Of a DNA stretch of 64,000 nt, positions 46,225-57,000 are shown one piece after another (within the stretch, counting starts at the first letter, position 1; every line of letters begins with the position of its first letter). The DNA lies in IMG/VR virus record IMGVR_UViG_3300032783_000063, positions 37,306 to 101,305 of that record; one strand, 5' to 3'. The stretch comes from a virus. The notes beneath the pieces were generated by a model. It was not told the DNA's origin. It did no database searches and saw only the letters and a list, made by a program, of their open reading frames with translations. The translations under genes were made by a program, and so were the position numbers.

Positions 46225-46562
46225 GCCTTCAGAGCAAGCCGTACTACTGGGTCCGCTGCGACAACTGCAGCGCAGACTGCGACCCCGGCGACGACAACGC
46301 TGTCTGGGGGACCATTGCCGACGCAGTCCGTGCTGGCGCCGTCCAGGACTGGCTGGAGATAGCCGGGAAGCATTACTGCCCGGACTGCCCGCCGTCGGCA
46401 TGGCCTGCCGGGCACGTCGCCTTCCCCCACTTCGCCCGAAACCCCGTCGCAGGCAGTGACTGGTGCCAGTGCCCGTGCGTCGAATGCAGCGGGCACGTCG
46501 AGGGTCTCGAGGGCATGGACTGCATGTGCCCGGACTGCGGCTGCCATGAGGACGTCAAATGA
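46221..46562 (+). CDS. Cys-rich hypothetical protein
   Basis: CDNC...W......HYCPDC. Confidence 0.5.
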   Translation: MSLQSKPYYWVRCDNCSADCDPGDDNAVWGTIADAVRAGAVQDWLEIAGKHYCPDCPPSAWPAGHVAFPHFARNPVAGSDWCQCPCVECSGHVEGLEGMDCMCPDCGCHEDVK

Positions 46563-46776
46563 GCACGCTGGCGCACCGCACCTACCTCGCCGACCAGGAA
46601 GACGTGCCCCTCAGGTCCGGGCACTGGATCGGCGCCGAGGATCTCGCCGGCGTCTCGTTCGACTGGGCCGGGTTCTACACCGGCCTGTACGGACGTGCAG
46701 ACCTTGGTGACGACGGCCAGGACCTGGCTGAGTATCTGCCTGCCGCGCTGGCCGAGCTCAGGTAGCCCTGGCATGC

Positions 46777-46826
46777 AAAAACCGGCCCCGGCCCGCGCAT
46801 TATCAGACTGCGCGGAACCGGGGCCG
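46777..46826 (-). terminator. terminator between convergent early and late operons
   Basis: CGGCCCCGG..CGCGCA / TGCGCG..CCGGGGCCG stem with U-run on the minus strand. Confidence 0.7.
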
Positions 46827-46855
46827 ATCTGTCAGACGGGATTACATCATAACAC

Positions 46856-47398
46856 TCACGGAGCGGGCGGCGGTGGCGGCGGAGGCTGGTCCGTCACCGC
46901 GCCCGGGGTCAGCACCAGCGACGCCACCCCGCCCGGAGTCACCGTGATCAGATCCGACGCCGACAGCGTCCCGTCCGTCACCGTGATCGTCGCCGTCCCC
47001 GGCGCCGCCGCCACGAACAGGCACGAGCTTCCGTCAGCGGACGGGGTGGCGGCCACGACCACGCCGCCGGAGTCCTCCGACCAGGTCAGCGTGTCCGCGA
47101 CCGGGAACCCCTTGGAATCGTCCGCCGCAACCGCATAGGTGACTTCCTGCGTGTCAGACATCTGCACAGACATGTTCTCTCCCAGAAATCGAGTAGGTAC
47201 CGGCAGAGCCGGGCGGCCCTGCTCGAACGTCCACCGTGACGCCGTCAGGACGAGGACGGCGGGCGTGCCGTGCAGGACACTGGCGAACAGTTGCCCGGTG
47301 GCGAGGACCTCGCCGTTGATGTCCCCGTCGCTGTCGCGGCCTTCCCAGAGCTGCACGGCAAACTGCAGGCCGCGGAACCTGGCCTGGTCAGCATCCAT
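46856..47398 (-). CDS. Ig-like domain protein (possible internal start at 47173)
   Basis: LTWS...V..TPSADG.SC..VA.APGTATITVT (Big_2-like). Confidence 0.6.
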   Translation of the reverse strand: MDADQARFRGLQFAVQLWEGRDSDGDINGEVLATGQLFASVLHGTPAVLVLTASRWTFEQGRPALPVPTRFLGENMSVQMSDTQEVTYAVAADDSKGFPVADTLTWSEDSGGVVVAATPSADGSSCLFVAAAPGTATITVTDGTLSASDLITVTPGGVASLVLTPGAVTDQPPPPPPPAP

Positions 47399-47406
47399 GG
47401 CCCTCC

Positions 47407-47634
47407 TTAGGTAGTTGGCGGACCGGGCGCCGGGGGCGGCGCGGCATGTGACGGCGGCCGCGGCCCTGTCGGGGACACCTGCTGGCGCACCGTCACCCCG
47501 AGGACAGCCAGCAGCGCCGACAGGACCGCTGCCACCACCTGCGCGGACGCGCCGAACCCGTACGCGGTCGCCAGCGCGACGATGATCTGTATGACAGCGG
47601 CAGCAAGGACGGGTTCCTGCCGCAGCAGTTTCAG
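47407..47634 (-). CDS. holin (non-canonical CTG start)
   Basis: Manual translation LKLLRQEPVLAAAVIQIIVALATAYGF...LGVTVRQQVSP; two TMs; directly after endolysin; RBS GGAGG. Confidence 0.75.
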   Translation of the reverse strand: MKLLRQEPVLAAAVIQIIVALATAYGFGASAQVVAAVLSALLAVLGVTVRQQVSPTGPRPPSHAAPPPAPGPPTT

Positions 47635-47646
47635 GACAGTGGCCTC

Positions 47647-48438
47647 CTAGGCGGACGGCAGGTACAGGGTCAGTCCCGGCGGCATGTGCGTGCCCGGCGG
47701 GACCTGGCCCAGGAAGATCTGGTTCACGTAGTCGCCGAAGGCTGCGTTCTGGGCCGGGGTGCCGGACAGGGCGGTCTGCCGGATGATCGCCGCAGGGGTG
47801 ATGTGATGCTCGGCGGCGAGCTCGGCGAGGGAGTCCATGCCGATGGTGACGTGGGCGACGACAACATGCGGCGGCGGCGTGCCTGAGCGGATGGCCAGCG
47901 CCCGGGCGATGATCTCCGTCCGCTGTGCCATGCGGACCCTGCCGGGACAGTCGTGGCCGCCCCAGGCTGCGCCGCCGTCCACGTGGAAGAGGATCCCGCG
48001 GCCGCCGTCCGGGTCGTCCGCCGGCGCGAGGGGCCAGCCGTCGAACGCGCTCATGGCCTCGAACACCTGGGCGGAGGCGGTGAGCTGCGCGTCAGTCATC
48101 GGATTGGCCGGGTTGCCCTGGTCCTCGTGCTCGACGCCGCGGTAATGGGGGTTGCCGGCGCACTGGGTCCACGCCATCCAGTCGTGCCCCAGGGTGCCGT
48201 ACTGGTGAATCCCGCCCGTTACGGAGATGCTGAAGTAAGCGCTGGCCTGGGCCGCGGGGTTGTTGAACTCTTCTATGACGTTGTGCTCGTAGCCGACCTC
48301 GGTGTGGATGACCCCGCCCCAGGCTGTCCCGAAGCCGCCCGGCGTGCCGTTCGGCGTGGGCATGGGGTCGTTCCAGGTGATGGCCGCCGGGCCGCGGAGC
48401 AGGCCGTCATCGCCGATCGTGAGCCTGCCTGCAGGCAT
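47647..48438 (-). CDS. endolysin, N-acetylmuramoyl-L-alanine amidase with LysM-like tail
   Basis: VIHTE...SAYF...AW...GVEHE...H...HDCPG. Confidence 0.85.
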   Translation of the reverse strand: MPAGRLTIGDDGLLRGPAAITWNDPMPTPNGTPGGFGTAWGGVIHTEVGYEHNVIEEFNNPAAQASAYFSISVTGGIHQYGTLGHDWMAWTQCAGNPHYRGVEHEDQGNPANPMTDAQLTASAQVFEAMSAFDGWPLAPADDPDGGRGILFHVDGGAAWGGHDCPGRVRMAQRTEIIARALAIRSGTPPPHVVVAHVTIGMDSLAELAAEHHITPAAIIRQTALSGTPAQNAAFGDYVNQIFLGQVPPGTHMPPGLTLYLPSA

Positions 48439-48447
48439 CCTGCCCCC

Positions 48448-48543
48448 TCAACGACGGGTGATGAACCGGGACACGAGGATCCACACTGTGATCACGATGA
48501 CGAGCACGACGGCGCTGTCCGGCACGCCCGGCACCAGCACCAC
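48448..48543 (-). CDS. tiny single-TM peptide in lysis cassette
   Basis: VVLVPGVPDSAVVLVIVITVWILVSRFITRR. Confidence 0.4.
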   Translation of the reverse strand: MVLVPGVPDSAVVLVIVITVWILVSRFITRR

Positions 48544-48548
48544 ATCTC

Positions 48549-49070
48549 CTACTTGAGCTTGAGAAACAGGATGATCACGGAGATGACGGCGATGACCAGG
48601 GAGATGATCGCGACCAGCTGGGCGTTCGCCCCGGATTTCCCCCGTGACTTGTCCGCCTCGGCCTCGAGCTTGTCGATGCGGTCTTTCACCGACGCGGTGG
48701 CCTGGGCGAGGAGACGTTCCCAGTTGCCGCGGTCGGCGTTGATGCGCCGGTCGATCGAATCCTGGGCGGCTTCGAACATGTCGCGGGAGACCATCCGGGC
48801 GGCCTGGTCGGAGATCTGCAGCCGGAACTCGTTCATGCCGTCGAGCCGCCGCTCGAGAGCCGTGTCGGCGGCGGCGGTCTGTTCTTTCCCGTCGAGGAAC
48901 CGCTGTTCGACTTCGCGCTGGAAGGACGCGAACCGCCGGTCGATTTCATCCTGGATGTTCTGGAACCGGATGTCAGCGGCGTGTTCGTGGGATGCCATCT
49001 GAGCGTCGATGGTCTGGCGGGCCAGGACGAGCTGCGCGGCGATTGCTTCGGCCGGGTCGTGCCGGGGCAT
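48549..49070 (-). CDS. coiled-coil protein with C-terminal TM (lysis accessory)
   Basis: RRLDGMNEFR..; C-terminal hydrophobic helix. Confidence 0.65.
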   Translation of the reverse strand: MPRHDPAEAIAAQLVLARQTIDAQMASHEHAADIRFQNIQDEIDRRFASFQREVEQRFLDGKEQTAAADTALERRLDGMNEFRLQISDQAARMVSRDMFEAAQDSIDRRINADRGNWERLLAQATASVKDRIDKLEAEADKSRGKSGANAQLVAIISLVIAVISVIILFLKLK

Positions 49071-49226
49071 GAACTGCTCCCGCAATAGATGTTTCACGTG
49101 AAACCAGGCGGCCAGGGGCGGGACCACGCGCTCTGCGGCGGCTCTCGCGCGCCGCGTCTCTGCCTGTCGCTAAACCCGTTCCGGCTGGGTTCCCCAGCTT
49201 CCCCTCGTTACCGGCGCGTCGGCCGC

Positions 49227-49790
49227 TCAGGTTTCCCACCCTGCCGCGGTGTTCCAGTCCCACCAGTCCGACGGCTGGATCCGCTCGCTCGTGCCAGCAG
49301 GCCGCGGCAGGCCCAGCGACCGGTACACCCACGCCGCCGCGGACGAGCACACCAGATGCCCCGGCGCCTGATGCGACTTGTCCGCCCAGCCCCACCACAG
49401 ATCCAGCAGCACCGCCAGCGACCCCAGGTGCAGGTCGTCGAGGCCGTCGGCGAAAATCCCGCCCGCCCAGTCATAGCCCACGCCGAGGAGGCCGGCTGCG
49501 ACGGTGGCGATGGTGACCCGCTGCGCCTCGGTGCGCGGCTGGGCGGAGTTGGAGTTCCCGAACTTCGCGAACGGCCCGCGGGTGTACTTGGCCATGTCCA
49601 CCCAGCCGACCCCGCCGGGGCGCCCCTCGATCCCCCACCAGCGTTTCCGGATGTCCCGGTGGTGGACGATCGCGACATGGGAGGCGAGGTTCGATTTCCC
49701 GCCGAGGGCCTCGGTGAACCGGATGACATCAGCGGCCCATCCGGATGTCCTGACGGCGATCACGTCCCCGACGGCGAGCTCGCCGATCAA
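49227..49790 (-). CDS. permuted papain-like NlpC/P60 (YiiX/YaeF) protein
   Basis: GDVI...SHVAI...IEG...GYDW...LVCS. Confidence 0.7.
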   Translation of the reverse strand: MIGELAVGDVIAVRTSGWAADVIRFTEALGGKSNLASHVAIVHHRDIRKRWWGIEGRPGGVGWVDMAKYTRGPFAKFGNSNSAQPRTEAQRVTIATVAAGLLGVGYDWAGGIFADGLDDLHLGSLAVLLDLWWGWADKSHQAPGHLVCSSAAAWVYRSLGLPRPAGTSERIQPSDWWDWNTAAGWET

Positions 49791-49797
49791 CAGCCCC

Positions 49798-51030
49798 TCA
49801 TTTCTTCTTGTGATGCTTCGCGCCAGTCCACTTAACCCATTTCGCTCCCGTGGGCGTGCGCACCAGATGATACCCGGGGGTGGCGATCCAGCCTTTGTGA
49901 TGACCGCCCCAGTGCCCCGGCGCCCGCGGGATCTTCACCGGCGGGATCGTCGTCGACACCGCGGACAGCATGTTCGTCACGGACAGGTTCAGTGACTGGA
50001 ACGGGGTGATCGTCAGGGTCTGCGCGGCGTCGTCGTAGGCGACTGCGCCGGACAGGAACGTCACCGGGCCGGGGACGATCTCCCCGCCGTACCCGTAGTC
50101 GGTGAGGATGACCTTGTAAACGTGGCCGGCCTGTTCCGTGCCGATGTCGACTGGCTGGCCGCCGAGGGTGAGGACCTCGCCGTGGCGGGCGGTGAACGGC
50201 CCCGCGAAACTGGCCCGCTGGTAGCGGGCGAGGATGTTCGCGGCGTCGGTGGTGATGGTGCCGGAGGTCTGGTAGCCGGCTGAGGAGAAATCCTCGTACG
50301 CTTCCTGGACCCCGTGCTTCGTGATGGACGCCGGGGTGGTGACGTTCACCGTCGAGAACGTCGCGGCGGATGCGCCGTCGAGGGAGTTCTGATAGCGGAC
50401 ATACAGGGAGTTGATGTCCCCGCCGAGCGTCCGCGCGACGGGGGTCGCGGAAATCAGCACCCGGTCCGCCATGGCGGGCAGCGGGAAGATCGACAGGACG
50501 TTGCCCTGCGGGGTGACGCGCACATACCAGACCTGGCCGCCGGACGTGCAGCACATATTCAGGAGATCGGTGATGGTCTGCGAGCCCTGGTCGACGACCT
50601 GCCCGAACCACAGGCCGGTGTTGGACAGGCCGGGGTTGACCCAGCGGAGCCCGCGGGTGATGGCGGCGTTGATGTGAGAGTTAACGTCGGTCCAGTGCGG
50701 GACGGTCCAGAAGTCCAGGAAATCGGTTCCGAGGTTCCCGGCGCCGTTCGCGGTGATCGTCCACCCGTCCGGGCCGGGAGACGGCTCGAGGAGCTTCCCG
50801 TCCCAGACGGCCTGGCCGCCGCGGTAAACCCGGACGGTCCGCCCGGGGTCGAGGGCGTCGGTGCGGAACCTCGCGTCCGCCTGCAGGGTGCAGGTGAGCT
50901 GGTCCGGGCCGCCGGGCAGCGCATACGAGTAGGCGGCCGGGGTGACATGGCCGAGAGCGCCCAGCCACCGCTGATGGGTGCCGGCGGGGGTCTGCGTCAT
51001 GACCTGGGAGATGCCCGGCTCGCCGATCAT
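49798..51030 (-). CDS. minor tail protein (baseplate hub-like)
   Basis: Position; VRVYRGG..VWDGKL.EP. Confidence 0.7.
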   Translation of the reverse strand: MIGEPGISQVMTQTPAGTHQRWLGALGHVTPAAYSYALPGGPDQLTCTLQADARFRTDALDPGRTVRVYRGGQAVWDGKLLEPSPGPDGWTITANGAGNLGTDFLDFWTVPHWTDVNSHINAAITRGLRWVNPGLSNTGLWFGQVVDQGSQTITDLLNMCCTSGGQVWYVRVTPQGNVLSIFPLPAMADRVLISATPVARTLGGDINSLYVRYQNSLDGASAATFSTVNVTTPASITKHGVQEAYEDFSSAGYQTSGTITTDAANILARYQRASFAGPFTARHGEVLTLGGQPVDIGTEQAGHVYKVILTDYGYGGEIVPGPVTFLSGAVAYDDAAQTLTITPFQSLNLSVTNMLSAVSTTIPPVKIPRAPGHWGGHHKGWIATPGYHLVRTPTGAKWVKWTGAKHHKKK

Positions 51031-51039
51031 CCGGGCCCC

Positions 51040-51480
51040 CTAGAAGGCGTAGGCGTTGAGCGGGTAGATCGTGTTCCAGGCGACTGCGGTCACGCTCGAG
51101 TCGACCCGCTGGCAGGAACACACCCCGTTTGTGCCGATGAACAGGTACGGGACGTTCACGATGGCACTGGTGCCGCCGGTTGTGGCGAGCGGGATCCGGA
51201 CCGGGGCGTTCTGCGGCTGGAAATCACCCGGCAGGGTGCCCATGATCTGGGTGCCGTTCGCTGTCGTCCCGGTGTTCAGGTAACCGCAGGTGAGAACCAG
51301 GTTCACGGCGCCGATAGAAGACGGGAGCAGCAGGAACGCGGCGTGCAGGTCACCGGTCTCGTTGGTCCAGCCGTTCTGGCCGTTGGCGAGCCACCACTGG
51401 CCCGGGTCGGTCCAGGATCCGAGCTGGCCGATGAGGCTGTTGAGCCGGTTTTCCGTCGCAATCGACTTCTCAGATGTCAT
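51040..51480 (-). CDS. minor tail protein
   Basis: NGW...GT.I.GTLP.DFQP. Confidence 0.6.
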   Translation of the reverse strand: MTSEKSIATENRLNSLIGQLGSWTDPGQWWLANGQNGWTNETGDLHAAFLLLPSSIGAVNLVLTCGYLNTGTTANGTQIMGTLPGDFQPQNAPVRIPLATTGGTSAIVNVPYLFIGTNGVCSCQRVDSSVTAVAWNTIYPLNAYAF

Positions 51481-54032
51481 GCGAAACGGTCATTCCACCA
51501 TCTAGGCCAGTATGTGAGCTGGACGGACGGCGCCCCGCCCGTTGAGTACACCAGCAGCTGCTGGTTGTTGTCCGGGTCGACGCCGATGCCCGGGCCGGAC
51601 ACGATGGCCCGGTCCAGGAGACTCACCGCCGCGGACCGGTCGAACACTGAGCCCATGATCAGGCCCAGGTCCTGGTCGACGGTCGGCTCGTCCAGGTAAT
51701 AGTTCGCGTACCCGGTGGGGGACTGGATGATGACCGTTGATCCCATCGTGTCAAGGAACAGGACGTCCTGGAATGTGTCGGAGGTGTCGGTGGATGTGAT
51801 GGCCACGGTGAAGTAGGCGGCGAAGTTGTCGGGGGCGAGGGCGTTGACGGGGAGCGTGACCTCGCCGAGGATGGCCATCTGCGATGGCAGGCTGCTGGGG
51901 GTGACCGTAGCGGACGCTGACGTGGTGTAGGACGCTCCGCCGCTGGGCTGTTCCCACTGGGTGACGGTGACGGTGAGGGTTCTCGGGGTTGTCGGGCTGT
52001 CCCAGACGTTGGCGACGAGGACGACGGTGTAGGTGCCGGCGAACCTGGCGTTGAGGGACGGGACGAGGGACGGGACGGGGTACTGGCTGGTGCCGTCGGG
52101 GGTGTCGTCGGGGCCGGGGGAGACGAACGGGCACAGGGTGTCGGGGGCGCCGGGTGCGGGCCGGTGGGCGAGGAGGGTGTTGGAGGTCTGCGGGTACAGG
52201 TAGGTGAGGACGACCTGGCCGTTTGCACCGTCGGCGGCGTTGCCGTTCGGGCTGCCCCCGCCGCCGCCGCCGCCGGGCCAGATGCCGTGCTTGGCGGGGC
52301 TGACGCCGGTTTTGCCAAGGCCGTGTCCGCCCGCGCCGCCGGTCCACCCGGGCGTGCCGCCCGCGCCGCCGGTGCCTCCCGTCCCGCCTGCGGTGGCGCC
52401 CCCGTCGCCGCCGTCGCCGCCCGCGCCGCCGGTGCCGCCCCCGCCGCCGCCTCCGCCGCCGCCGCCGCCGGTATACGCCAGGCCGCCCGCGCCGCCGTCG
52501 TAATGCACCGGCGCAGCCGACCCGGTGCCGCCGAGTCCGCCGACGCTGCCGGTGCCGTTCGTCCCGCCGTGAGCGGTTACCGTCACTGAATCGCCGGTGA
52601 ACTCGGATACGCCCGCGCTGCCCCCGCCGCCGCCGCCGACCCCGGCACCGCCGGACACGGTGAAACTGTAGATATTCCCCGGGGTTACCGCGACCGCAGG
52701 GTCATATGCGGCCTCGCCACCGCCGCCACCAGCGCCGGACCCGCCGATCGGGCCGGGTGCGCCCGCGCCGCCGCCGCCCGTGCATTCCACCGCGACCGTC
52801 GTCACGCCGTACGGCGCGGTCCACTGGAAATTCCCGGCCGTGGTAAACGTCTGGGTGGTCTCCACCAGGGAACCGCCGCCGCCACCCGGCAGCTGGAACT
52901 GCCACGACGCGGGCCCGCGTGCCGTGCCGACGATCCCCGCCAGGTCATAGACGGCGCCGCGGACCGGGGCGAGATCCTGCTCGACCGGCGGCGGCACCGC
53001 ATACAGGTCATCCAGGTAGAAGTTCGTGTACCGCAGGTCCCCGCCGCCCATGTTCGTGACCTGCACCGTGTATCCGGCGACCGCAGTGAAATCGAACGCG
53101 AGCGCGGCGACAGTCAGGGTCGGGAACGGGATCCGGATTTTCGTCCACTTCGGGGCAGCGGCCTGGTCCGACCCGAGGACCACCACGGATTTCGCGAACG
53201 ACAGGGTGTTCGCTGAACTGTCGGTGAGGGTGAACGCGAACCGGACCGGGCCGCCTGCCCGGCACCAGGCGCCGAAGAAATGGGTGGACGAGAACCCGGT
53301 CCACATGGTGATCGCGGCGAGGCCGGTCAGGTCCAGGTCCAGTCCGGTGACCGTGTAAGAGGGGTGGACGCCCGTCCCGTCAGGGTGGGCGCCGGGCGGC
53401 GGCCACCACGCTGACGACCCTGACGGCCCGGCTGTGGCCTGCGTCCACCCGGAGGCGGTCACCGACGTGAAATCGTCGATCAGCACCGGTGCGGCCGGGG
53501 CGGTCTGCCCGGAGATCGGCGACGGGAAATCCACGACGACGGGCAGGTCCGACCGGGCGTACGGGAGGGCCTGGAACGTGAGGGTCAGCTGGCCGTACGG
53601 GTGCAGGTTGTACTGGTCCGGGCCGCCCCATTTGATCACGGATGCCTGGGCGCGGAAACAGTCGAACAGCAGCGGCATCAGGCTGGTGTTCCCCGCGTAC
53701 GGCCCGGTCGTGTCGCGGGTCCACCGCATCGTCCAGGTCTGCTGGTTGATCGCGGACAGGAGCACTTCGCGGGCAGCGGCGAGGGTGTAGAAGTCCGGGG
53801 CGGTGATCAGGACGGGGAGGGTGATGGTGCGGTTGGAGGCGCGGTACCCGAACGGTCGTTCCCCGTCGAGGAGCAGCGAGGCGACCATGTCGGTGGTGGG
53901 TGCGGGGGCGCCGAGGTCGTAGCCGGGCTGGAGGCGGAAGGATGCGCCGGGACACCGCGGGTCGGTGGACTGGACCCCGCCGACCGCGCCGATGAGCTCG
54001 ATCGCGTTCGCGAGGATGAGGCTGTCCGTTAT
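51477..54032 (-). CDS. minor tail protein (Dit-like N-terminus, Gly-rich domain); probable ATA start
   Basis: Frame extends 48 codons upstream of the ORF-track ATG to ATA ACG GAC AGC CTC (xTDSLILA), bounded by in-frame TGA; FT..G...W..P.GVT.V.VEC.GGGG motif. Confidence 0.75.
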   Translation of the reverse strand: MTDSLILANAIELIGAVGGVQSTDPRCPGASFRLQPGYDLGAPAPTTDMVASLLLDGERPFGYRASNRTITLPVLITAPDFYTLAAAREVLLSAINQQTWTMRWTRDTTGPYAGNTSLMPLLFDCFRAQASVIKWGGPDQYNLHPYGQLTLTFQALPYARSDLPVVVDFPSPISGQTAPAAPVLIDDFTSVTASGWTQATAGPSGSSAWWPPPGAHPDGTGVHPSYTVTGLDLDLTGLAAITMWTGFSSTHFFGAWCRAGGPVRFAFTLTDSSANTLSFAKSVVVLGSDQAAAPKWTKIRIPFPTLTVAALAFDFTAVAGYTVQVTNMGGGDLRYTNFYLDDLYAVPPPVEQDLAPVRGAVYDLAGIVGTARGPASWQFQLPGGGGGSLVETTQTFTTAGNFQWTAPYGVTTVAVECTGGGGAGAPGPIGGSGAGGGGGEAAYDPAVAVTPGNIYSFTVSGGAGVGGGGGGSAGVSEFTGDSVTVTAHGGTNGTGSVGGLGGTGSAAPVHYDGGAGGLAYTGGGGGGGGGGGGTGGAGGDGGDGGATAGGTGGTGGAGGTPGWTGGAGGHGLGKTGVSPAKHGIWPGGGGGGGSPNGNAADGANGQVVLTYLYPQTSNTLLAHRPAPGAPDTLCPFVSPGPDDTPDGTSQYPVPSLVPSLNARFAGTYTVVLVANVWDSPTTPRTLTVTVTQWEQPSGGASYTTSASATVTPSSLPSQMAILGEVTLPVNALAPDNFAAYFTVAITSTDTSDTFQDVLFLDTMGSTVIIQSPTGYANYYLDEPTVDQDLGLIMGSVFDRSAAVSLLDRAIVSGPGIGVDPDNNQQLLVYSTGGAPSVQLTYWPRWWNDRFA

Positions 54033-54046
54033 GTCCGCTCACCCCC

Positions 54047-57000
54047 CTACCGGTACATGGCGGAATAGCCGGCAGTGCGTGCCGCGCCGCCAAGTGCCCC
54101 CGTGATCCCCGCCGCCGTTGATCCCGGAGCCGCTGCGGCCACGCTGATCAGGGCCGACAGCAGGCCGCACACGTCATCCAGCGACGCCCCGTCCCCCCCG
54201 CCATCGGCGGGGGTGAGGTGCTCGGGTTTCCCGGTGTTGTTCTTCACCAGCGACAGGCCGGGCGGCAGCGTGCCGCCCTTGTCCATCAGGTACGGCTTGT
54301 ACGCCCCCGACTCGTACGTCGTCCACGGCGAGAACCCGTCCGCCGCATGGAACTTGTAAACGGCGGCGCGGGCGTTGTTCATCGGGATCAGCAGGGCCTG
54401 GTTCACGCCCACCGACGGGACGGAATTACCAGGCGTTATCTGCCAAAGGCCCCAGCCGGTCGTCGAGTACGGCTGGCCCTGCTGGACAGCGGACGGCCGG
54501 CGGGCGGATTCCGCGCCGGTGATGGCCTGGGCGATGTTCGCGTACTGGCCGCCGGGGCCGCCCGCAGCCACCCACAGTTTCGCGACGTCTTGCGCCGACA
54601 TGGCCCCCGCCGGGACGGCCCCGCCGCCGCCGCCGAACCCGCCGGGCGGGGTGCCGAACCCGACCGCCCCGCCGAGCCCGGCGACCTGCGTGCCCAGGCC
54701 GGGTGCTTCTGCGTTGACCATCTGCGACGGGGAGATGACGATGCCGACATGGCCGGGGGCGGAGACGGAGCCGCCGTCACCGGAGCCGACGAAGAACGCC
54801 AGGCCGCCGGTGGTCGGGCCTTTCTTCCGGTTCACCCAGTTCCACTGGTCCTGCGATGTCCGCGGTGGGTACAGGTGAAAATGGTTATAAACGTACTCAA
54901 CCATGCCCGAGCAGTCCCAGCCAGATGGGGATGTACCACCCCAGACATAGGGGACCTTGCCCACGAACGACTGGGCGAACTCCGCGATGGCGCTGCCGCT
55001 GCCGGTCGCCGCCCGCGCCGCCGCGATCCCCGCGAGGACGGCGTTCTTCAGCGCTTCAGCGACCTGGTTGTTCTGCGCCTTGTCTTCTTTCACCGTCCAG
55101 TTGCCCAGCCCCGGCGGGCTGGAGCCGACGTAACTGCCGGTGAGGAACCCGGGCACGCCGATCGCCTTGAACAGGCCGGCCAGGCCCTTCGTCCGCTGCT
55201 TGTCGACGACGGTCTCGCCGGGCTCGAGCAGCGCCGGGATGATGTCCCCGCCGCCGAACCCGGGGATTTTCCCGCCTGTCGCGCCGGTCCAGATGCCGGT
55301 GGCGCGGCTGGCGTTCCCCGGCCCGGGCGACCCGGGGAAGATCTGCTTGATCGACCAGTTGCCCGCAGCGGTGTAAGTCATGTCGGTGTAGACATGCTTG
55401 GGGACCTTGCCGTAGGCCGTGGTCAGGTCGTCGACCAGCCGTCTCGCGGTCTGGGCGTTGATCCCGGCGTTTTCCAGGTCGGTGATTACCTGCTGCCGGG
55501 CTTTCTTCGCCGCATCGGAGTCAGCCCCGTTTCTCTTGATGGTCTGGTTGTATTTGTCCAGGTCCGCGTGGCCCTGCCGGGCGTTCCCGGCTGCGGACTC
55601 GATGTCGTAGATGAGCTGCAGCCGGGCTTTGTGTGCCTCTTCGGAGTGGGATCCGTTCTGCTGCACGGCGGTCGTGTACCGGTTGACGTCCGTACGCGCA
55701 GTGTTGGCGTCGACCCCGGCCTGCTCCAGGTCGGACAGCAGCGACTTCCTGGCTGCCTTCGACGCGGCGGACCCGGCCCAGCCTTCGCTGAGCGCGGTGG
55801 TGTACTTGTCCAGCGCCGCCCGGGCAGTGTCGGCGCCTTTCGCCTGGTTCTGGAACTCCTTGAGGATGGCCGTCGTCTGCTTCGCCGCAGGCTCCTTGCT
55901 TTTCTCCAGGGCCTGCGTCCACTCGTTAAGCTTGCCGAGCACCCCGTTGAACGCATTGTCAGCGCTGGCCCTGAAGCCGTCAAACGCCTTCGCGGCGCTT
56001 CTGAGTTTCGGCCCGATCCCCGGCACCCATCCGAACACTTTCGCCAGGGAGTCGATGACCGAACTGACCAGCAGCAGGATCGCATCCATGATGAACTTGG
56101 CGCCCAGGACGACGCCTCCCGCCACGCCGAGCATGACGATCCCGATGTCCTTGATGATGTTCCGGAACTTACTTGACGTGTCATACGCCTTGTAAATCCC
56201 GAACGCCAGCGCCGCGATCCCGATGACGAGAAGAGCGACCGGGTCGGTCAGTATGGCGATTGCAGCTATCGCAAGGTTCAGCCCCTTGACCGCGACCGCT
56301 ACCGCGCCGATCGCCAGGGCGGTCTGCGCGATGCCCTTCCAGTGCTCCGACAGGGCCGCCATCAGCTTGATCACATACGGCATCAGCTTGACGCCGATCG
56401 CGATCGCCAGCGACTGGGCCCGCGCCTCCAGTTCCTTCCACTTCTGCGCCGGGGTCTGCTGCGTTCTCTTCCACGCATCCGCGAACCCGTCCGCGGCCTT
56501 CGTCAGAGCCGGGTACTTCGACTGAAGCCGGTCCAACTGCCCGGCCAGGATCGCGATCCCAGTCCCGGCTTTCTTCCCGAAAATCTGCGTGATCACATCA
56601 CCCTGCTGCTTGGCGGAAATCCCCGCCTCCCGCATGTGCGTGACCAGTTGCTCCACCGCAGGCAGCAGGCCCCCGGACTGCATCGTCTTCGCGAACGACG
56701 CCGCGTTCAGCCCGATCGACTGGAGTTCCTTCGCCCCGGCCTTTGCCGGCACCGCCAGAGCCTGCACCGCCATCCGCAGTTCCGTGCCCGCCTGCGCGCC
56801 GCGGATGTTGTTGTCGCCGAACACCGCCAGCGCCGCGCCCACATCCTTGATGGACAGGCCGTAGCCCTTCACCACAGCCACCATGCCCGTGCCGAACGCA
56901 TCCGCGAGGTCCTGCATCTTCATGTCGCCGACGCCGACGGTCGCGTTCAGCACGCCCATCGCCTGCTGCATGTTCTGCACGCCGGGGATCCCCGCTGCCA

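Noticed and set aside
52200-52800. GC-rich microsatellite-like repeats
   Set aside because: Simply the codons of the glycine-rich tail domain.
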